64,000 bases of DNA, taken from positions 30,090 through 94,089 of the forward strand of contig CAWEYF010000017.1 of assembly GCA_963813235.1 (NCBI GenBank), read 5' to 3'. Each line of letters opens with the position of its first letter. The stretch's first letter is position 1. Position numbers and translations under genes: made by a program. The notes under the pieces were generated by a model. That model did not search any database, was not told where the DNA came from, and saw nothing but the letters and a program-made list of their open reading frames with translations. Positions 56,522-64,000 of the stretch are shown in pieces. The stretch is from Candidatus Aminicenantes bacterium. GTDB lineage: Bacteria > Acidobacteriota > Aminicenantia > Aminicenantales > Saccharicenantaceae.

Positions 56522-59194
56522 CTATGTCAAGCGGGGCACCGGGAGCGGCCGCCAGGCCAGCCGGAGAGGGAAAACCGGGCCGCTGACGGCCCTGAGGACG
56601 AGGCTGTTGGTTCCGGTGGCGGCTTCCGCCTCCAACGTGCACCCGGCGGGCCCGATCAGGCCCTCCCAGACGATCCGCCCGTTGAACTCCAGGCCCGCGA
56701 GGGGGCCGGGCCCTTGCCCGGACGCCGCGAACGCAAGTTCCAAGGCGAGCCTGCCGGATTCGAGAACCAGCGGGAAGGCCCGTTCCGTCCCTTTTGGGAC
56801 GGGAACGCCCCCGAGAGCCTGTTCCCCTGGGGTCAGGGCCGCCCTGATGGCTTCGTCGGCCTTCCGGAGCCCGGCGTCGTCGTTCAAGCGCTCGTAGCCC
56901 TTCCGTATCTTGAGCACGAGGGCGAGGCTCCCCGGCCGGCCGTCCAGCGCCTTGTCGTAGAACCGCTCGGCTTCATAGATGTAATCGAGCTTCTGGAACG
57001 CGTCGCCGATGATCTCGTACGCCTCGAGGAGGTCGGCCTTCATGGCTTCGGGGACGAAGACGAGGCCTTGTTCGAGAGAAACGCCGAAGCGCGTGATTTC
57101 CCGGTACCGGTTCTGCCGGAAGCTCAGCCGAAGCTGGAAGACGAGCGCCTTGAGGTCCTTGGCGTTCAGGGCCGGCTCGGCGGGGAGGACGTTCCTTTCC
57201 TTGAGGAACGTCTCGAGGTCGCCGACGGCCGAAGGGCGGTCCTCCAGGGCCAGATAAGCTTCGAGGTCGGACTCGGCGCTCTCGAGGCTGCGCGTCTCCT
57301 CGATCCGGCACTTGGCGAGGTTGAGATATGCCGACCGGCGCGCGGCGGCATAATCCTTCGGGTCGATCAGGATCTCGCCCGCGAGCGCCTGATAGAACTT
57401 GATATTCCCAAGGATCCCCAGGCAGGCGGAAAAGTGCGCGGCGGCCTCGACGGTCCGGAGCGAATCCAAGGCCCTCTGTCCGGCCTCCGACTCCCCCGCG
57501 GCCGTCAAATATTCGAGGCCTTCGGCCCGGGAGAGGGCCTTCTGCCTGGCTTCGATGGAAAGGGCCTTCTCCCCGAGGAACCGGGCATAGAAGCGCAGCG
57601 AGGCCGGATCCTCGGGCAGGATCGCGGCCATCAGCGCATAATCCCGCGCGTTCAGGTCCCAAACCTGAAGGACGGCGGTAACTTTCTCCTCATCCGTCCG
57701 GGCCACATCTTCTTCAGGATGTCCCGGGTGAACTCCCGTTCCCGGGGCGAAAGGACCGCCCAGCGCGACAGCAGGACCTTTCCGACCTCAAAGAAGGTGT
57801 GGCTGTTGTGCCCGGTCAGGGAGCGAGGCTTTCTTGAATTCCTCGAAATAGCTGACGGGCGCGGGGAGGGAGAGATAGGTAGTATAGAGAAGGGCTTGGG
57901 CGAACTGGAAATGGGTCTGCAGAGCTCCGGGATCGAGACGGAGGGAACGTTCGAAGCTCGCGAAGCTCCTCCTGAGATCGACGTCGCGGCGGCCGACGTT
58001 CCCGAGGTCCTCGGCGCCCCGCTCAAACCAGGCCTTGGCGAACTCGAAATGGACGAGGCTGTTCCAAGGGAAAAAGCCGTCGGCCTTCTCGAGCAGGCGG
58101 TTCCGCGCCGCGGGATCGCCGGTCACGGCCATCGCCCTGTAATAGAGAGGTTATCCATGGCGAAACGCTGGATCGTGGCGCCGATCCCGATGTAGAGAGC
58201 GCCGACGGTGACCAGAGCGAAGAGGATCCAGACGAAGTTCCTGATCCATTGTCGTCGGGGTCCGAAACGGCCGAAATGCAAAACGATGAACTCGACGAAC
58301 AGCAGGAAGGTGAAGGCGAGGACGAAAAGGCCGGAACGGGAACGCGAGAGCAGGATCCCGATGGACATGACGATCACCGCGACGAAGAGGAGGGCGTTCG
58401 ATAAAAGCCCTTTGCCTGTCATGTGCAGGATTTTTTCCTTGAGCCCCTCCCCTCCCAGCGAAAACAGGCCCAGGCGGGCGATGAGAAGCCCGATCGCCAG
58501 GGGGATGATCATCTCCAGGTAACCCGACAGGTGGTTCTGGTTGACGAACGTGCCCGTTCAGGAACCCCTGGTTGAACACCTTTTTATAGAAAAGAATACG
58601 GGGATTCTTCGTGGTCAGCTCGAACATCCCGTAGAGGGCTTCGAAAGATCCCATGACGACAAGGACGGCCAGGATTCTCCGGATCTGTGTCCCCGGGTGA
58701 CGGTCTTGAGGACCAGGAACCCGAGGAGGACATAGGCCGCAAGCTCAAGTCCCGCCCGGAGCGTTTGGGCCGGCACGACGGAAAAGCTCAAGAATTCAAT
58801 TTTCGCGAAGTCCGGAGCGAACATCCTCGATGAAACGCGACCGTTCCCGGAGAAAAGATGCCGGTGATGAACCTGGGCAGGGGTACGATCTGGATCGCCA
58901 GAAAAACGAACAGCCCGAGGAAGGCGTATCGCGGCCACTTGAGCCGCTCCGCCAGAAACGGGTTGAGGGAAGGTTTCCGGTTCATCAGCACATAGGCGCC
59001 GATCATCGCCAGCACGGTCGAACTGGATGGCCAGGATCGACCATTCGGGGACGGAGGCCGCGGGGAGGGGGCTGAGGACGAGCAATGCCAGGAGCCCGTA
59101 ATCGACGATCTGGCCGCTTCAGGAGGCCGTTCCCGGGGGAAACCGTGCCGCTGCCGGTCTTTTGAGTTCCGGTGATCTTGAGTTTCATGGCCAT
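56522..59194 (-). pseudogene. O-antigen ligase/polymerase-like membrane protein with C-terminal TPR-like domain, about 8 frameshifts
   Basis: Coding signal hops between ORFs 59003..59194, 58615..59085, 58788..59015, 58151..58654, 58123..58512, 57788..58132, 57652..58026 and 56522..57706. There is a Wzy_C-like region (LLSRSRSGLFVLAF). Confidence 0.7.
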
Positions 59195-59210
59195 TCAGCT
59201 CTTTCGGAAT

Positions 59211-60025
59211 TCATTTCTTGGATTTGAACAGGCCCGGCAGTCCCATGACCAGTTTCCTGCGTTTTTTCTGGGGATTGACCGGATCCGGCCTGCAGGGAAT
59301 GTCCTCATCGCTCCAGGACGGCCTGAGGGTTGCGCTTCGACGAGCGCCTGGGCCGGCTCCTCTCCCAGGATTTCCGCGGCCTTGGCGGACGGCCTCGGCG
59401 AGGCGCGGGGCCATGGTGCGCGTGTTGTGCCCGTCGCTGGCGATAAAATGAACCAGCCCGGATTCGAGAAAAAGCCGCGCGGATTCTCCGGCCTGGGAAC
59501 CGTTTCTGCCCGAGGAGACTCCCTCCGTTGACCTGGGCGAGGGCGCCCATGCTCGACGAGTTCGAAGAGAAGCCCGGGGGATTGGGCGAAAAACCGTGAT
59601 TCCGCTCGGGATGGGCGATGATCGGAATCACACGCTCGCTCATGAGTTCGAACAGGAGATCCTTGACCCCGGAAAAAACGTGGTCCGAAGGGAATTCGAG
59701 AGAGCATAAGAGCTTCCGGCGACGGTCAGGATCTCCCTGTGCCGCCGGATTTCATCCGCCAGGTTGTGGGAGATGTGGACCTCGGCGCCGCCCCGGATTT
59801 CGACGGGGACGCCCGCCGTCTCCAGGCGCGGCCACCAGGTCCCGCCGTTTGGCCTCGATCACGCCCAGGTCGTCGTACTCAAAACCGCCCTTGAAGAGAT
59901 GCGGCGTGGCGACGATGAAAGTCACTCCCTCTTCGCAGGGAGATCCGGGCCATAGCGATCGCGTGATCCATGTCCCTGGCCCCGTCGTCGAGGCCCGGCA
60001 GGATGTGGCAATGGAGGTCGATCAT
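59211..60025 (-). pseudogene. CpsB/YwqE-type PHP-family protein-tyrosine phosphatase, at least 4 frameshifts
   Basis: MIDLHCHILPGLDDGA, GVTFIVATPHLFKGGF, IPIIAHPERN, LLFELVEHG and FIASDGHN-like pieces lie in different frames (ORFs 59879.., 59305.., 59195.., 59211..). Confidence 0.7.
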
Positions 60026-62362
60026 CTCATTTCCGCCGGCCGGTTTCGATCTGAAATTCTTCCTTTGCCCGGAAGCCTTCGGCTCATCGGTCGAGGAGGC
60101 GTATTCATACTGGTAGTAGTGATAATAGGGCCCCGCGTCGCCCTGGCGGCCGATCTTGACTTCGTTGAATATCACGCCGACGATGTCGGATTTGGCTTTC
60201 CGCAGTTCCGCCACCGCTCGGACCAGGGGCTTGCGGGTCGTTTTTCCCGCCCGGACGACGAGCACCGAGCAATCGGTCATCGAACTGATGATCACGGGGT
60301 CGATGACGGCGAGGACGGGAGGAGTATCCAGGAGGACGACGTCGAACCGCTCCCGGACTTCGGCCAGAAGCTCCTTCATCCTCCGGGAATTGAGGAGTTC
60401 GGCCGGATTCGGAGGATGGGGGCCGCTCGGGAGAATCCAGATATTCTCGATTCCGGTCTTCTGGACCGCGTCCTCGAAACTCACCTTGCCGGTCAGACAG
60501 CCGCTCAAACCGACCATGTTCCGGACCTTGAAGACTTTATGCAGACGGGGCTTTCTCATGTCGCAGTCGATGAGCAAAACCTTGCCCTCGAGCTGGGCGA
60601 ACGAAACGGCCATATTGGAGACCGTCGCCGTCTTCCCCTCCTGGGGATGGGAACTGGTGAAACAGATCGTCTTCGGCTGGCGGTCCGCATTGGAGAACAG
60701 GATGGACGTACGGACCGTCCGGTAGTCCTCGGAGATGGAGAATTTCGGGAAAAGATGATTGATCAGCTCGATCTCGTTGACCTCGGGCATCGTCTTATCG
60801 CCGGTGACGTTCTCCGCCCCGTAGGAAAAAGCCGTAGGTCCCGGCCTGGCCGTTGTGTTTTTTCGTGCTGTCGGCCGAGAGATGCGGGATGATGCCCAGG
60901 GAGGGCAGGCCGGTGAGCTTTTCGGCGTCCTCCGGCCCCTTGACGGTGTTGTCCATGTATTCGACCGCGAAGATCAGCCCCAGCCCGCCGATGAGCCCGA
61001 CCAGGAGCGCCATCAGGAGGTTCTTCCTCGTGTTCGGGGTGAACGGGCCGCCCGGGACGAGCGCCCGGTCGACGATCTTGATGTTGCTCGTCCTCAGTCC
61101 GCCGAGCCGGGCCGAGACCAGCGTCTCGTTCTGTTTGGCGGTCAGGGAGGCCAGGAGCTCGCGCATGTTGTCGACTTCGATCCTCAGGCTGTTGTAGAGG
61201 ATGGCGTTGCTGTCCGTCTTGGAAACCTCGGTCCGTTGGGACTCGAGGAGATTCTGGAGGGACGCCTCTTTTTCTGCGCCGCCCTGAAGTCCGCCTCGGA
61301 GGCATCGACGGCCTTGTTGATCTCGGCTTCGAGCTCCGACTTCATGCTGTCCATCCGGGCCCGCAGCTGGACCATTTCAGGATAGTCGGGCTTGAAGACC
61401 TTGATTTTCTGGTCGTATTCGTTCTTGACCTGGGTGTAGTTCGTTTTCATGGACTGGATCAGGGCGTTGTCGATGAACTGGGGAAGCGAGTCCAACCGGA
61501 GGGTCTTCAGCTCCCGGAACAGCGATTCCTTCTTGATCCGGTCGACCTGGGCCTCGGTCAGGGCCGAGCTCACGTCGGCGAACTTGTTGACGACGGAGCT
61601 CTCGTCCTTGCTCAGGTAGAGGAGCTTCTTTTCTTCCCCGTAGCGCTGCATGTCCCGTTCCTTGGCCCCGAGGTCATCCCTCAGCTTGGCGATTTCTTCG
61701 CTCAGGAACTCCGAAGCCTGCTGGGTGGCCTCGTAGCGGGATTCGATCGAGAAGCTTACGAATTCCTCGACCAGGGTGTTGACGACGTCCGCGGCCAGGA
61801 CCGGATAGGGAGAAGTATAGCTGACGTCCACGAGCCTCGTCTCTGGAACCGGAGAGACGCCCAGGCCGCCGAGCACGGTGAACGCGTAGGCCGAGTAGGG
61901 ACTGGGCCGGGACTCGGAAAGCTCCCGTTGGGCCGATGGCTTCGCGGAACCGCGGAGCCATCGGAAGGTCACCAGGTTCTTGACGCCGCCGAGGATGTTC
62001 ACCCCGGACTTCGCCGCGGACCGGAACTCGGGCCTGGCCGGAAAATTCATCTTCTTGGCGACCCGTTCCGCGAGCGATCGGCTGGACAGGAGGCGAAGCT
62101 GAGTATTGAAATTCGTCCCCAGGTAGTCCTGTTGGTAGTATCCTCCGGAAGCCAACATGTCCTGGATGTTGAGCATGCCGGAACTCTGTTCCTCGATCAT
62201 GATGGTCGCCGTCGCCTGGTACAGGCGCGTGGAGGTAAGCGAAAAGACGGCCGTGAACACGAGGAGGACGACGCTGAACGTCACCAGGATCCACTTCCTT
62301 TTCAGGATGACGTGTCCGTATTCCAACAGGTCGATCTCTTTTTTTTCGATGGTGTTGATCAT
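60026..62362 (-). pseudogene. Wzc/GumC-type chain-length determinant fused to BY-kinase, 2 frameshifts (about 61270 and 60825)
   Basis: N-terminal Wzz-like TM segment plus coiled coil (ORF 61184..62362), a second TM segment (60795..61166), and a kinase domain with Walker A SHPQEGKT and the Tyr cluster YYHYYQYEY (59879..60790). Confidence 0.8.
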
Positions 62363-62392
62363 GACTGTATTCCTTGATCCGGATCGGAAAAT

Positions 62393-63226
62393 TTACAGAA
62401 TCAGAAGAGACTCGGGAACGTAGACCGTGTCGTTCTCCAGGAGCTGAAGATCTTTCTGCTTGTTCCGGAGGATGCTCCTCGCGTTGATCTTGATCTCTTT
62501 TTCCTTGCCGTTTTCGTCCTTCCTCTTGACGACGACGCCCCCCGGGAGGCCCGGTCGGTGAATCCCCCGGCCTGGGCGATCGCCTGCAGGAGGGTCGGGA
62601 GACTGGATTTCTTCGACCTGCAGAGCGCCCCGGGTTCTTGACCTGGCCGAACACATAGACCACGACCAGACTTGTCGACGGGGATGTTGACGATGTCGTC
62701 GGGCTCGAGGGGAATGTTGAGCTGGGCCTCCCCCTTGAGGAACAGGTCGTCGATGGAAATGTGGAGCGAAGTGCTCGTCCCGTCCGGCATCTGGCGGATG
62801 ACGATGATCTCTTTCCCGGCGTCGCGGGTCAGCCCGCCGGCCTCGGAGATGATCTGCATGAGCGTCTGGCGCCCGAGAAGCTGGTAGGGGCCCGGCTTTT
62901 CCACCGCGCCAAGCACCGAAACCCGCTTGCTCTGGTATTCCCGGATGAAGACGGTCACCTGGGGGTTCTGCGACGTATTTTTCCCCGAGAAGCCGGGCGA
63001 TCTTTTGTTCGACCTCGGTTTTCGTCAATCCGTCCACGGGGATTTCGCCCAGGAGCGGCAGGGTGATTTTCCCGTCCTCGGAAACGCGGACGGTCTTGCT
63101 CAGGTCATCCGCCCCGAATACGCTGATCTCGAGAAGGTCCTTGGGCCCGACCTTGTATTCCTGGATGTACTTATCCTGGGAAACCAGGGGGATGGACAGA
63201 AGCATCGCTAAACAGGCCAATGCCAT
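62393..63226 (-). pseudogene. Wza-type polysaccharide export protein (Poly_export plus SLBB), about 4 frameshifts
   Basis: YKVGPKDLLEISVFG...SEDGKITLPLLGEIPV.GLT, VTVFIREYQSKRVSVLGAV, VYVFGQVKNPG and TLLQAIAQAGGFT lie in alternating frames. One switch falls at a C5/G5 run (62961-62965). Confidence 0.75.
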
Positions 63227-64000
63227 GAGGCTTGATTTCGTTTTACAGGATGAAGGGCGCAGGTAAGCCCGCGGAATGCATCCCTTGATCACCGGCGAAA
63301 TCGCGCCGGTATAATCCCCGATCCGGGTTTCACCCGTGCTCCGATAAAACACGTTGTTGTCATAGCCGCAGCATCCCTGATTTGAATCGACGGCAGGAAC
63401 CGAAGGGGACCGAATTCTCAGCTTGGGCGGTGTTGCGGATTTCGTCCAACTCGGACCGGAAGGTCTTGTAATCCTGTCGGCGCAAAGGCCATACAACGCA
63501 GAAGGGACACCGCGACCAGGAATGGTTTTTTCATATTTATTGCTTCCGAATTTCAACCGACGATCTGCTTGGCCAGATACCAGGCCAGAGCGGCGATGGA
63601 TCAGCCAGGGCCAGATTCTTTTTATCTTCAGGGTTTCCAATATTTTCATTGGCCTCCGGGACCGGAGGACTGGATCAGTTGGATCTCCCGATCCCCGGAT
63701 TCTCGGACATCCCCCGGAAGGTTTTCATGAACGAAAGCCTCTTGACCAGGGCCAGGATTAGATCGCTATGCCAGTCGAAGTCCGCCTTTTCGCTGACGAT
63801 GGGGAGGATTCCATCCGTCTGGGCGAGCCGAAAGATCCTTTCGATCTGGGAATCGCGTCAGCCGGGCGCACGATGCGCCGGGTCATGTGCCCAAGGATGA
63901 TCTCCTTCTGCAGGGCGGCTTTTCCAGTTCTTTTCGTAGGCGGGCGAGCGCGGAAGCCGAAAAATCGCCCCGTGGCGAAGCACTCCCGGACGGCGGCGGC

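Noticed and set aside
63227-64000. Possible small lipoprotein-like ORF (ATG at 63534, minus strand) and a further minus-strand gene fragment (...IERIFRLAQTDGILPIVSEKADFDWHSDLILALVKRL...)
   Set aside because: Both appear frameshifted like the rest of the EPS locus, and I could not assign a family or reliable boundaries. They are left unannotated.

Overview
This is a high-GC bacterial chromosomal window with canonical TTGACA/TATAnT promoters and AGGAGG ribosome-binding sites. The taxon cannot be determined from sequence alone; the gene content loosely resembles Acidobacteria/Aminicenantes-type organisms.

Part 1 (about 1.6-21.3 kb) is a compositionally patchy, visibly AT-richer accessory island anchored in tRNA-Arg(CCG). 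The intact gene is at 21203-21279. Copies of its 3' half lie at 1594-1643 and, degenerate, at 5852-5875. The arm sequences next to these cores are also duplicated, which points to a tandem island array. No recombinase gene is visible.

The island carries about 20 small cassette-like genes:
- lipoproteins
- ankyrin and Zn-ribbon proteins
- two paralogous HExxH peptidases
- a hemerythrin-like protein, an amidohydrolase, an SPFH protein, a KhpA-like protein and an Hsp20

These genes are separated by an unusual mosaic of repeats. One is a roughly 75-nt foldable module that always sits in the same orientation inside a 90-215-bp repeat unit. A second is a 45-bp element. A third is a portable sigma70 promoter fused to a conserved leader of about 70 nt. 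I consider this repeat/cassette architecture the most novel signal in the window.

Part 2 (21.5-64 kb) is core genome:
- Transport and degradation: a Na+/solute symporter, M28 and S9 peptidases, ABC transporters.
- Translation: glnS-gltX, rpmE-prfA-prmC, rsmD.
- Carbohydrate and amino-acid metabolism: GH116, pfkA, glgC, hutU.
- Signalling: c-di-GMP enzymes.

Part 2 also holds a candidate Cys-rich secreted-peptide operon (39.3-42.6 kb) and an exopolysaccharide locus (56.5-63.2 kb) riddled with frameshifts.

About 25 frameshifts are visible in total, several of them at short homopolymers. Assembly indel error must be excluded before any of these genes is called a true pseudogene. No rRNA genes, CRISPR arrays or transposases were seen.
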